Below, piece by piece: positions 17,991 through 26,620 of a DNA stretch of 30,211 nt (position 1 is its first letter; each line of letters begins with the position of its first letter). Source of the DNA: a virus (lineage: Duplodnaviria > Heunggongvirae > Uroviricota > Caudoviricetes). The notes beneath the pieces are model-generated. The model was not told the origin of the DNA, ran no database searches, and saw nothing but the letters and a program-made list of their open reading frames with translations. The stretch lies in IMG/VR virus record IMGVR_UViG_2693429554_000017, one strand, 5' to 3'. Both the position numbers and the translations under genes were made by a program.

Positions 17991-18594
17991 TTCGCGCCTG
18001 CTGCCGACCGGCTCATCACCGCTTGAAGTTGCCGCCGCAAAAGCCTGTGCGGAAATTGAAAAAACGCCGGTCAGTATTCGTGAACTGTGGAACCCGGACA
18101 CCTGCCCGGCAAATCTGCTGCCGTGGCTGGCGTGGTCATTTTCGGTTGACCGCTGGGATGATAAGTGGCCGGAAGCGACAAAACGCGCTGTTATCCGCGA
18201 TGCGTATTTCATTCACTGCCATAAGGGCACTATAGGCGCAATCCGGCGAGTGGTGGAGCCGCTCGGCTATCTGATTGAGGTAAGGGAGTGGTGGCAGCTC
18301 AACGAGGAGCCGGGGACATTCCGTATCGTTGTTGGTGTGCTTGAGCAGGGTATTACCGAGGAAATGTATCAGGAGCTGGAGCGCCTCGTTGCTGATGCAA
18401 AACCGGCAAGCCGCCATCTGACGGGACTGGCTATCAGCTTAAGTACAACCGGCAACATTTTTGCCGGTGCGGGATGCTATCACGGTGACGCCCTGACGGT
18501 TTATCCCTACACCCCGGAGGCCATTATTGTCGGAGGGGATTATTTCCCGGCCTCGGCCATTCATTTAATTGATAACCTGAGAGTAAACGCATGA
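17983..18594 (+). CDS. I: baseplate / tail-fibre attachment protein I
   Basis: 203-aa ORF overlapping the end of J and the start of H. Confidence 0.85.
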   Translation: MSDSRLLPTGSSPLEVAAAKACAEIEKTPVSIRELWNPDTCPANLLPWLAWSFSVDRWDDKWPEATKRAVIRDAYFIHCHKGTIGAIRRVVEPLGYLIEVREWWQLNEEPGTFRIVVGVLEQGITEEMYQELERLVADAKPASRHLTGLAISLSTTGNIFAGAGCYHGDALTVYPYTPEAIIVGGDYFPASAIHLIDNLRVNA

Positions 18595-19790
18595 CAGTGA
18601 AATACTACGCCATTCTGACTAATCAGGGCGCAGCACGGCTGGCTAAAGCGACGATGCTCGGCAGTAAGCTGAATCTGACGCAAATGGCCGTTGGTGATGC
18701 GAATGGTGTCTTGCCGACACCAGACCCGGCACAGACAAAACTGATTAACCAGAAACGCATCGCGCCGCTGAATCTTCTGAGTGTTGACCCGAACAACCAG
18801 AGCCAGATTATTGCGGAGCAAATCATCCCTGAGAACGAGGGCGGATTCTGGATCCGTGAGATTGGGCTTTATGATGATGAAGGCGTACTCATTGCGGTGG
18901 CGAACTGCCCGGAAACGTACAAACCGCAGTTACAGGAAGGCAGTGGTCGTACCCAGACTATCCGCATGATTCTGGTTGTCACGAATACCGAAGCTATCAC
19001 GCTGAAAATCGACCCGTCGGTGGTACTGGCGACCCGTAAATACGTGGATGATGAAGTCCTGGAATTAAAGCTGTATGTGGATGACCAGATGAGAAACCAC
19101 ATTGCCGCACAGGATCCTCATACCCAGTATGCGCAGAAACATAATCCGACATTTACCGGAGAACCAAAAGCGCCGACGCCTGCCGCAGGAAATAACACCA
19201 CGCGGATTGCGACCACTGAGTTTGTTCAGGCCGCTATTACCGCTCTGATTAACGGTGCGCCTGACACGCTGGACACACTGAAAGAAATTGCCGCGGCCAT
19301 TAACAATGACCCGAAATTCAGCACCACCATTAACAATGCGCTGTCAGGTAAGCAGCCACTGGATGAGACGCTGACTCATTTGAGTGGAAAGGATGTTGCT
19401 GGTCTTCTCGCATACCTTCAATTGAAATCGGCCGCACAACGGGATGTGGGCACTGGCGCAAATCAAATCCCGGATATGAACTCTTTTCATATCTCAACGT
19501 CACAAACAGGATGGTGCAAATTTCCAAATGGACTAATTTTGCAGTGGGGAGTGACGACAACGATATCTGCGTCTGGTAGTGTTTCTTATCCAATACCATT
19601 CCCTGGTGGTTGTTTATTTGTGGGTAAAAATACTTATAGTCCAGTGGCTGCAACAACCGCTGTGTTTGAAATTGTTAATCCGTCTATGACTGGTTTCACT
19701 GCTGCAAACATCGGCAGTCTTACGCAAGGGTCTTCCACTTTTAATGCACCAACACCGTCAGGAATGGCGTTTTTTGCAATTGGATATTAA
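18591..19790 (+). CDS. H: tail fibre protein H (constant N-terminus plus current variable tip)
   Basis: 399-aa ORF; N-terminus resembles P2-family H (MAVGD..., WIREIGLYDDEGVLIAVAN). An inverted-repeat crossover region at 19427-19488 marks the boundary between constant and variable parts. Confidence 0.85.
   Translation: MTVKYYAILTNQGAARLAKATMLGSKLNLTQMAVGDANGVLPTPDPAQTKLINQKRIAPLNLLSVDPNNQSQIIAEQIIPENEGGFWIREIGLYDDEGVLIAVANCPETYKPQLQEGSGRTQTIRMILVVTNTEAITLKIDPSVVLATRKYVDDEVLELKLYVDDQMRNHIAAQDPHTQYAQKHNPTFTGEPKAPTPAAGNNTTRIATTEFVQAAITALINGAPDTLDTLKEIAAAINNDPKFSTTINNALSGKQPLDETLTHLSGKDVAGLLAYLQLKSAAQRDVGTGANQIPDMNSFHISTSQTGWCKFPNGLILQWGVTTTISASGSVSYPIPFPGGCLFVGKNTYSPVAATTAVFEIVNPSMTGFTAANIGSLTQGSSTFNAPTPSGMAFFAIGY
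19427..19488. repeat. left inverted repeat of invertible fibre segment (candidate crossover site)
   Basis: TTCAATTGAAATCGGCCGC is identical in inverted orientation at 21222-21240. Similarity continues imperfectly for about 43 bp more, encoding the same peptide (QLKSAAQRDVGTGANQIPDM) in both copies. Confidence 0.75.
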
Positions 19791-19792
19791 TC

Positions 19793-20224
19793 ATGAGCTA
19801 TGTATACAGCGCTAAAAAAAACGCTTTCTATCCCGTCGAGTTGCAGGACAACTATGAGGCATCAGGAACGTGGCCTGCCGATGGGATAGAAGTTGGAGTG
19901 AATGTATTTAATATTTTTTCTCAGCTTCCACCAGAAGGTAAACAGAGAATTCCTGATAGCAATGGAATGCCTGCCTGGGGCGATATTCCGCCGCCCACTC
20001 ATGATGAATTAGTTGCTGCGGCAACTGCCGAGAAACAGCATCGCATTGATGCTGCGAATGCATTCATGAGCAGCAGGCAATGGCCGGGAAAGGCCGCGAT
20101 GGGGCGTCTGAGCGCTGCGGACAAAGTTCAGTATAATTTATGGCTGGATTATCTTGATGCGCTGGAGGCAGTGGATACTGCCATCGCGCCGGATATCAAC
20201 TGGCCTGCTCGCCCGGCTGAGTAG
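19793..20224 (+). CDS. G: tail fibre assembly chaperone
   Basis: 143-aa ORF immediately after H; its C-terminal region (SSRQWPGKAAMGRL...YNLWLDYLDALEA) is shared with the inverted paralogue at 20447..20875. Confidence 0.8.
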   Translation: MSYVYSAKKNAFYPVELQDNYEASGTWPADGIEVGVNVFNIFSQLPPEGKQRIPDSNGMPAWGDIPPPTHDELVAAATAEKQHRIDAANAFMSSRQWPGKAAMGRLSAADKVQYNLWLDYLDALEAVDTAIAPDINWPARPAE

Positions 20225-20290
20225 GTCACTCGATATCGGGGCTATAGAGATATCAATCGCCTCCATTGCAGGCGTTACCAGATTTTAGCC

Positions 20291-20319
20291 AAAAAAAGCC
20301 CCTGCATTTCTGCAGGGGC
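20291..20319 (-). terminator. rho-independent terminator after the tRNA-like gene
   Basis: On the minus strand GCCCCTGCA-GAAA-TGCAGGGGC (9-bp perfect stem) followed by TTTTTTT, just past the 3' end of the tRNA-like sequence. Confidence 0.75.
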
Positions 20320-20327
20320 CTGATATC

Positions 20328-20403
20328 TGGTGCTGGCTGAATGGAATCGAACCATCGTCTTTCCGCGTACAATGCGAAAGCTCTACCACTGAGCTAAACC
20401 AGC
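20328..20403 (-). tRNA. tRNA-like gene, anticodon UGU (Thr) if canonical; atypical T-stem/acceptor junction
   Basis: 76 nt on the minus strand: GCTGGTT/AGCCAGC 7-bp acceptor stem, D-arm GCTC-AGTGGTA-GAGC, anticodon stem TTCGC/GCGGA with loop AUUGUAC, T-loop TTCGATT, discriminator A and encoded CCA. One extra unpaired C lies between T-stem and acceptor stem. Confidence 0.55.
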
Positions 20404-20414
20404 AATGGTGCAGA

Positions 20415-20442
20415 ATAATACCCGGATTCTGATAAAATGCAA
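20415..20442 (-). promoter_or_regulatory. candidate sigma70 promoter for the tRNA-like gene
   Basis: On the minus strand TTGCAT, 16-nt spacer, TATTAT, ending about 11 nt before the tRNA 5' end and starting 5 nt after the stop of the upstream tail fibre assembly gene. Confidence 0.45.
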
Positions 20443-20446
20443 TAGC

Positions 20447-20875
20447 TTATTGTGGCTGAACAGGCCATTCGATATCAGGTGCAGTTGAAATGCCGAGAGC
20501 TTCCAGCGCATCGAGATAATCCAGCCACAGGTTATACTGCGCCAGCTCATCCCCCTTCAGTCTGCCAATAGCCGCTTTGCCCGGCCACTGCCTGCTGCTC
20601 ATGTAATCGTTGGCCTGGCTAATCAACGCCTGTTTTTTAACGTCAGCTGCTGCAATGAGTTCTTCGCGTGTAGGTGGGGGCATATCCACCCATACTGGCA
20701 TTCCATCGTCTGCTCCCAGAGCTTTTCCAGGTGGTGGTGACCCTGTAAATGTACTGACTATATCATCGCTGATATCAATCATATCAGACATGTCCCATCC
20801 CGCCGATTCATAAGACGACAGCCAGGATTTCGGGAAAAAGTTCACAGTCGTTGCAGACCATTTATATCCGTTCAT
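20447..20875 (-). CDS. alternative tail fibre assembly chaperone (inverted copy)
   Basis: 142-aa minus-strand ORF convergent with G; shares the C-terminal SSRQWPGKAAIGRL...YNLWLDYLDALEA motif with G, N-terminus diverged. Confidence 0.8.
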   Translation of the reverse strand: MNGYKWSATTVNFFPKSWLSSYESAGWDMSDMIDISDDIVSTFTGSPPPGKALGADDGMPVWVDMPPPTREELIAAADVKKQALISQANDYMSSRQWPGKAAIGRLKGDELAQYNLWLDYLDALEALGISTAPDIEWPVQPQ

Positions 20876-20879
20876 TTAT

Positions 20880-21240
20880 TTAGCTCCCGAACGCCAGCCA
20901 GAATATTGTCATTGTACTGGCTGTATTCGTTGTGTATATGCTGAATCGCGACGTGCTATCTACATTGACGTTGAAACTGACAGGTCCGGTTCCATAGAGG
21001 CCGGGGTTAACCAGAGCAGGAATCACACAGGAGCAACGGTTAGGAAACGGAACAGGAAAAAACACAGCGTTACCTGATGAACCACCGGTGATGTTTGGTG
21101 CATTTCCCCCATCAATACCATGCCATTTGGAAACCGGTAATAAAATGCCATGGTTGTCGAACCGCCCGTAAAACTGCTCATATCCGGTATCTGATTCGCA
21201 CCAGTACCCACGTCTCGTTGCGCGGCCGATTTCAATTGAA
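20880..21240 (-). pseudogene. alternative tail-fibre variable tip, disrupted by two frameshifts
   Basis: From the right inverted repeat the minus strand encodes LQLKSAAQRDVGTGANQIPDM...FPNG (parallel to H 19427 onward). Homology to the active tip continues only by changing frame twice, around the G5 run 21106-21110 and the T7 run 21056-21062. Track ORFs 21023..21280 and 20880..21065 are the fragments. Confidence 0.6.
21179..21240. repeat. right inverted repeat of invertible fibre segment (candidate crossover site)
   Basis: Reverse complement of 21222-21240 equals 19427-19445 (19/19). The imperfect extension to 21179 matches 19446-19488 with about 8 mismatches. Confidence 0.75.
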
Positions 21241-21307
21241 CGTTTAAGAAAATGCAGAGATAACGGCTAACTGGCATCATCTCCGGTTTTTATTCAGGGG
21301 ATCCATC

Positions 21308-21901
21308 ATGCTTATTGGCTATGTCCGCGTATCAACAAATGACCAGAATACGGAATTGCAGCGTAACGCGCTGGAGTGTGCAGGATGTGAGCTGATTTTT
21401 GAGGACAAAATCAGCGGCACGAAGTCCGACTGGCCGGGACTGAAAAAACTGCTCAGGACATTATCGGAGGGGGATACACTGGTAGTCTGGAAGCTGGACC
21501 GGCTGGGGCGTAGTATGCGGCATCTGGTCATTCTGGTTGAGGAGCTGCGCGAACGCGGCATTAATTTTCGCAGCCTGACGGATGCCATTGATACCAGCAC
21601 GCCAATGGGGCGTTTTTTCTTTCATGTGATGGGTGCCCTGGCTGAAATGGAACGAGAACTCATTGTCGAGCGGACTCGCGCCGGACTGGAAGCGGCCAGA
21701 GCTAAAGGTCGTATTGGTGGCAGACGTCCGAAGCTCACCGCGAGTGAGTGGGAACAGGCAGGACGGTTGCTGGCTGCGGGTGAATCACGTCAACGCGTGG
21801 TGCTGATTTTTGATATTGGCCTGTCCACGCTCTATAAAAAATTCCCCTCATCAGCGGCAAAGAATAAATTGTGTCATCCCTTAGCCAACCGGGACAAATA
21901 G
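21308..21901 (+). CDS. serine recombinase, DNA invertase (Gin/Hin/Cin/Pin family)
   Basis: 197 aa. N-terminal resolvase/invertase catalytic domain (MLIGYVRVSTNDQNTELQRNAL with the active-site Ser in YVRVST; LVVWKLDRLGRS) and a C-terminal HTH. Adjacent to the right inverted repeat. Confidence 0.9.
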   Translation: MLIGYVRVSTNDQNTELQRNALECAGCELIFEDKISGTKSDWPGLKKLLRTLSEGDTLVVWKLDRLGRSMRHLVILVEELRERGINFRSLTDAIDTSTPMGRFFFHVMGALAEMERELIVERTRAGLEAARAKGRIGGRRPKLTASEWEQAGRLLAAGESRQRVVLIFDIGLSTLYKKFPSSAAKNKLCHPLANRDK

Positions 21902-21960
21902 CCTGACATCTCCGGCACAACTGAAAATATCACTCACCCATTAACCACGGAGTTAAACGG

Positions 21961-23151
21961 ATGAGTGACTATCATCACGGTGTGCAGGTGCTGGAGATTA
22001 ACGACGGCACCCGTGTCATTTCCACCGTATCCACTGCCATTGTTGGCATGGTCTGCACGGCCAGCGATGCGGATGCGGAAACCTTCCCCCTCAATAAACC
22101 GGTGCTGATTACCAATGTGCAGAGTGCAATTGCAAAGGCCGGTAAAAAAGGCACGCTGGCGGCATCGTTGCAGGCTATCGCCGACCAGTCAAAACCGGTC
22201 ACCGTTGTCGTGCGTGTGGAAGACGGCACTGGCGACGACGAGGAAACAAAACTCGCGCAGACCGTTTCCAATATCATCGGCACCACCGACGAAAACGGTC
22301 AGTACACCGGACTGAAAGCCCTGCTGGCGGCGGAGTCGGTAACTGGTGTTAAACCGCGTATTCTCGGCGTGCCGGGACTGGACACCAAAGAGGTGGCTGT
22401 TGCACTGGCATCAGTCTGTCAGAAGCTGCGTGCTTTCGGGTATATCAGCGCATGGGGATGTAAGACCATTTCCGAGGTGAAAGCCTACCGCCAGAATTTC
22501 AGCCAGCGTGAGCTGATGGTCATCTGGCCGGATTTCCTCGCATGGGATACGGTCACCAGTACCACCGCCACCGCGTATGCCACCGCCCGTGCGCTGGGTC
22601 TGCGCGCTAAAATCGACCAGGAGCAGGGCTGGCATAAAACGCTGTCCAACGTCGGGGTGAACGGTGTTACCGGCATCAGCGCATCTGTATTCTGGGATTT
22701 GCAGGAGTCCGGCACCGATGCTGACCTGCTTAACGAGTCAGGCGTCACTACGCTGATTCGCCGCGACGGTTTCCGATTCTGGGGTAACCGTACCTGCTCT
22801 GATGACCCGCTGTTCCTTTTTGAAAACTACACCCGCACCGCGCAGGTGCTGGCCGACACGATGGCTGAGGCGCACATGTGGGCGGTGGACAAGCCCATCA
22901 CCGCAACGCTGATTCGCGACATCGTTGACGGCATTAATGCCAAATTCCGTGAGCTGAAAACAAACGGCTATATCGTGGATGCGACCTGCTGGTTCAGCGA
23001 AGAATCCAACGATGCGGAAACCCTCAAGGCCGGAAAACTGTATATCGACTACGACTATACACCGGTTCCTCCTCTCGAAAACCTGACTCTGCGCCAGCGT
23101 ATTACCGATAAATACCTGGCAAATCTGGTCACCTCGGTTAACAGCAATTAA
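21961..23151 (+). CDS. FI: tail sheath protein
   Basis: 396-aa ORF, same length as P2 gpFI as I recall, followed by the tube gene. Confidence 0.9.
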   Translation: MSDYHHGVQVLEINDGTRVISTVSTAIVGMVCTASDADAETFPLNKPVLITNVQSAIAKAGKKGTLAASLQAIADQSKPVTVVVRVEDGTGDDEETKLAQTVSNIIGTTDENGQYTGLKALLAAESVTGVKPRILGVPGLDTKEVAVALASVCQKLRAFGYISAWGCKTISEVKAYRQNFSQRELMVIWPDFLAWDTVTSTTATAYATARALGLRAKIDQEQGWHKTLSNVGVNGVTGISASVFWDLQESGTDADLLNESGVTTLIRRDGFRFWGNRTCSDDPLFLFENYTRTAQVLADTMAEAHMWAVDKPITATLIRDIVDGINAKFRELKTNGYIVDATCWFSEESNDAETLKAGKLYIDYDYTPVPPLENLTLRQRITDKYLANLVTSVNSN

Positions 23152-23163
23152 GGAGCCTGACCG

Positions 23164-23682
23164 ATGGCAATGCCGCGCAAACTCAAGTTAATGAACGTCT
23201 TTCTGAACGGCTACAGCTATCAGGGCGTTGCAAAGTCCGTCACGCTGCCAAAACTGACCCGTAAGCTCGAAAACTATCGCGGTGCGGGGATGAACGGCAG
23301 CGCACCGGTAGACCTCGGCCTTGATGACGATGCGCTGTCAATGGAGTGGTCGCTCGGGGGCTTCCCGGATTCGGTTATCTGGGAGCTTTACGCCGCAACC
23401 GGTGTGGATGCTGTGCCGATTCGTTTTGCAGGCTCTTACCAGCGCGACGATACCGGCGAAACGGTGGCCGTCGAGGTGGTCATGCGTGGCCGTCAGAAAG
23501 AAATCGACACCGGCGAGGGTAAACAGGGAGAAGACACCGAGTCGAAAATCTCCGTGGTCTGCACCTATTTCCGGCTGACGATGGACGGTAAGGAGCTGGT
23601 CGAAATCGACACCATCAACATGATTGAGAAGGTGAACGGCGTCGACCGGCTGGAGCAACACCGCCGCAATATCGGCTTGTGA
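23164..23682 (+). CDS. FII: tail tube protein
   Basis: 172-aa ORF, same length as P2 gpFII as I recall. Confidence 0.9.
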   Translation: MAMPRKLKLMNVFLNGYSYQGVAKSVTLPKLTRKLENYRGAGMNGSAPVDLGLDDDALSMEWSLGGFPDSVIWELYAATGVDAVPIRFAGSYQRDDTGETVAVEVVMRGRQKEIDTGEGKQGEDTESKISVVCTYFRLTMDGKELVEIDTINMIEKVNGVDRLEQHRRNIGL

Positions 23683-23738
23683 TTTTCATCCGGTCAGCCA
23701 GGCTGACCGGTTAACCCTGATTAAGAAGTGAGAAAACC

Positions 23739-24014
23739 ATGAACAAAGAAAATGTGATTACCCTGGACAATCCGGTCAAGCGTGGTGAGCAGGTTATCGA
23801 ACAGGTCACGCTGATGAAACCCAGTGCGGGGACACTGCGCGGTGTCAGTCTGGCTGCGGTCGCAAACTCCGAAGTCGATGCACTGATTAAAGTGCTGCCG
23901 CGCATGACGGCACCGATGCTGACCGAGCAGGAGGTCGCCGCGCTGGAACTGCCTGACCTTGTGGCGCTGGCCGGTAAGGTGGTCGGTTTTTTGTCGCCGA
24001 ACTCGGTGCAGTGA
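23739..24014 (+). CDS. E: tail assembly chaperone E
   Basis: 91-aa ORF immediately upstream of the tape measure gene; contains the slippery heptamer TTTTTTG at 23987-23993. Confidence 0.85.
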   Translation: MNKENVITLDNPVKRGEQVIEQVTLMKPSAGTLRGVSLAAVANSEVDALIKVLPRMTAPMLTEQEVAALELPDLVALAGKVVGFLSPNSVQ

Positions 24015-24166
24015 CGTTTCCGAAAAATCTGTCGGTCGATGACCTGATGGCGGATGTGGCAGTGATATTTCACTGGCCGCCATCAGAACTGTATCCCATG
24101 AGCCTGACCGAACTCATCACATGGCGCGAAAAGGCGCTCCGGCGAAGCGGAAACACGAATGAGTAA
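23987..24166 (+). CDS. E': E' extension reached by -1 programmed frameshift (E+E' fusion)
   Basis: After a -1 slip on TTTTTTG the reading frame stays open to TAA at 24164-24166 (…LTELITWREKALRRSGNTNE), overlapping the start of T. Same arrangement as P2 E/E' and lambda G/GT. Confidence 0.7.
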   Translation, partial: FFVAELGAVTFPKNLSVDDLMADVAVIFHWPPSELYPMSLTELITWREKALRRSGNTNE

Positions 24167-26606
24167 CAATGTAAAATTACAGGTATTGCTCAGGGCTGTT
24201 GACCAGGCATCCCGCCCGTTTAAATCCATCCGCACAGCGAGTAAGTCGCTGTCGGGGGATATCCGGGAAACACAAAAATCACTGCGCGAGCTGAACGGTC
24301 ACGCATCCCGTATTGAGGGATTTCGCAAGACCAGTGCACAGCTTGCCGTGACTGGTCATGCACTTGAAAAGGCGCGGCAGGAAGCTGAAGCCCTTGCCAC
24401 ACAGTTTAAAAATACCGAACGACCGACCCGTGCTCAGGCGAAAGTGCTGGAATCCGCAAAGCGTGCGGCGGAGGACTTACAGGCGAAATATAACCGCCTG
24501 ACGGATTCCGTTAAACGCCAGCAGCGGGAACTGGCCGCTGTGGGAATTAATACCCGCAATCTTGCACATGATGAGCAGGGACTGAAAAACCGTATCAGTG
24601 AAACCACCGCACAGCTTAACCGTCAGCGTGATGCGCTGGCGCGTGTCAGTGCGCAACAGGCAAAACTTAACGCAGTCAAACAGCGTTATCAGGCCGGAAA
24701 GGAACTGGCCGGAAATATGGCCTCAGTGGGCGCTGCCGGTGTGGGGATTGCGGCGGCGGGAACGATGGCCGGAGTTAAGTTGCTGATGCCCGGTTATGAG
24801 TTTGCGCAGAAAAACTCAGAATTGCAGGCCGTGCTCGGAGTGGCAAAAGACTCCGCCGAAATGACCGCACTACGCAAACAGGCGCGCCAGCTCGGCGACA
24901 ATACCGCCGCCTCGGCGGATGATGCGGCCGGTGCACAGATAATCATCGCGAAAGCGGGTGGGGATGTTGATGCCATTCAGGCGGCAACGCCGGTCACGCT
25001 GAATATGGCGCTGGCGAACCGTCGCACGATGGAAGAAAACGCCGCCCTGCTGATGGGGATGAAATCCGCCTTTCAGCTTTCAAACGATAAGGTCGCTCAT
25101 ATCGGGGATGTTCTCTCCATGACGATGAACAAAACCGCCGCCGATTTTGACGGTATGAGCGATGCGCTGACCTATGCCGCACCTGTGGCAAAAAATGCCG
25201 GTGTCAGCATTGAAGAAACCGCCGCAATGGTCGGGGTGCTGCATGATGCAAAAATCACAGGCTCAATGGCGGGGACGGGAAGCCGTGCCGTGTTAAGTCG
25301 CCTGCAGGCACCGACGGGAAAAGCATGGGATGCACTCAAAGAGCTTGGCGTGAAAACCTCAGACAGTAAGGGGAATACCCGACCAGTATTTACCATTCTG
25401 AAAGAAATGCAGGCCAGTTTTGAGAAAAACCGGCTCGGTACTGCCCAGCAGGCCGAATACATGAAAACCATTTTCGGGGAGGAGGCCAGCTCAGCCGCCG
25501 CTGTGCTGATGACTGCCGCGTCAACCGGAAAGCTGGACAAACTGACCGCTGCGTTTAAAGCCTCAGACGGGAAGACCGCAGAGCTGGTAAATATCATGCA
25601 GGACAACCTCGGCGGTGACTTTAAGGAGTTTCAGTCCGCTTATGAGGCGGTGGGGACAGACCTGTTTGACCAGCAGGAAGGCGCACTGCGTAAGCTCACA
25701 CAGACGGCCACAAAGTATGTGTTAAAACTCGACGGCTGGATACAGAAAAACAAATCACTGGCGTCAACCATTGGCATCATTGCCGGTGGCGCGCTGGCGC
25801 TTATTGGCATCATCGGTGCCATTGGTCTTGTAGCCTGGCCGGTTATCACTGGCATTAATGCCATCATCGCGGCAGCAGGCGCAATGGGGGCAATCTTCAC
25901 GACGGTTGGCAGTGCCGTTATGACGGCCATCGGGGCGATTAGCTGGCCGGTTGTGGCCGTGGTGGCCGCCATTGTCGCCGGGGCGTTGCTTATCCGTAAA
26001 TACTGGGAGCCTGTCAGCGCATTCTTTGGCGGTGTGGTTGAAGGGCTGAAAGCGGCATTTGCGCCGGTGGGGGAACTGTTCACGCCACTTAAGCCGCTGT
26101 TTGACTGGCTGGGTGAAAAGTTACAGGCCGCGTGGCAGTGGTTTAAAAACCTGATTGCCCCGGTTAAAGCCACCCAGGACACCCTGAACCGTTGCCGTGA
26201 CACGGGCGTCATGTTCGGGCAGGCACTGGCTGACGCGCTGATGCTGCCGCTTAATGCGTTCAACAAACTGCGCAGCGGTATTGACTGGGTACTGGAAAAA
26301 CTCGGTGTTATCAACAAAGAGTCAGACACACTTGACCAGACCGCCGCAAGGACTCATGCCGCCACGTATGGCACCGGCGGTTATATTCCGGCGACCAGCT
26401 CTTATGCAGGCTATCAGGCTTATCAGCCGGTCACGGCACCGGCTGGTCGCTCTTATGTGGACCAGAGTAAAAACGAATATCACATCAACCTGACGGGCGG
26501 TACTGCGCCGGGGACACAGCTTGACCGCCAGTTACAGGATGCGCTCGAAAAATACGAGCGGGATAAACGTGCGCGCGCCCGTGCCAGCATGATGCATGAC
26601 GGTTAA
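24159..26606 (+). CDS. T: tail tape measure protein
   Basis: 815-aa ORF, same length as P2 gpT as I recall; alpha-helical, Ala/Gly-rich with hydrophobic central segments. Confidence 0.9.
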   Translation: MSNNVKLQVLLRAVDQASRPFKSIRTASKSLSGDIRETQKSLRELNGHASRIEGFRKTSAQLAVTGHALEKARQEAEALATQFKNTERPTRAQAKVLESAKRAAEDLQAKYNRLTDSVKRQQRELAAVGINTRNLAHDEQGLKNRISETTAQLNRQRDALARVSAQQAKLNAVKQRYQAGKELAGNMASVGAAGVGIAAAGTMAGVKLLMPGYEFAQKNSELQAVLGVAKDSAEMTALRKQARQLGDNTAASADDAAGAQIIIAKAGGDVDAIQAATPVTLNMALANRRTMEENAALLMGMKSAFQLSNDKVAHIGDVLSMTMNKTAADFDGMSDALTYAAPVAKNAGVSIEETAAMVGVLHDAKITGSMAGTGSRAVLSRLQAPTGKAWDALKELGVKTSDSKGNTRPVFTILKEMQASFEKNRLGTAQQAEYMKTIFGEEASSAAAVLMTAASTGKLDKLTAAFKASDGKTAELVNIMQDNLGGDFKEFQSAYEAVGTDLFDQQEGALRKLTQTATKYVLKLDGWIQKNKSLASTIGIIAGGALALIGIIGAIGLVAWPVITGINAIIAAAGAMGAIFTTVGSAVMTAIGAISWPVVAVVAAIVAGALLIRKYWEPVSAFFGGVVEGLKAAFAPVGELFTPLKPLFDWLGEKLQAAWQWFKNLIAPVKATQDTLNRCRDTGVMFGQALADALMLPLNAFNKLRSGIDWVLEKLGVINKESDTLDQTAARTHAATYGTGGYIPATSSYAGYQAYQPVTAPAGRSYVDQSKNEYHINLTGGTAPGTQLDRQLQDALEKYERDKRARARASMMHDG

Positions 26607-26620
26607 GGAGGTGACGAAAA

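Noticed and set aside
19400-19450. Classical Gin/Hin 26-bp crossover site (TTxTCxAAAACC-NN-GGTTTxGAxAA) at the invertible segment boundaries.
   Set aside because: No AAACC..GGTTT core found at either boundary; only the 19-bp inverted repeat is reported, and the exact crossover dinucleotide is left undetermined.
20328-20403. Confident assignment of the tRNA-like gene as a functional tRNA-Thr(UGU).
   Set aside because: One extra unpaired nucleotide between T-stem and acceptor stem breaks the canonical cloverleaf; isotype and functionality need a covariance-model search.
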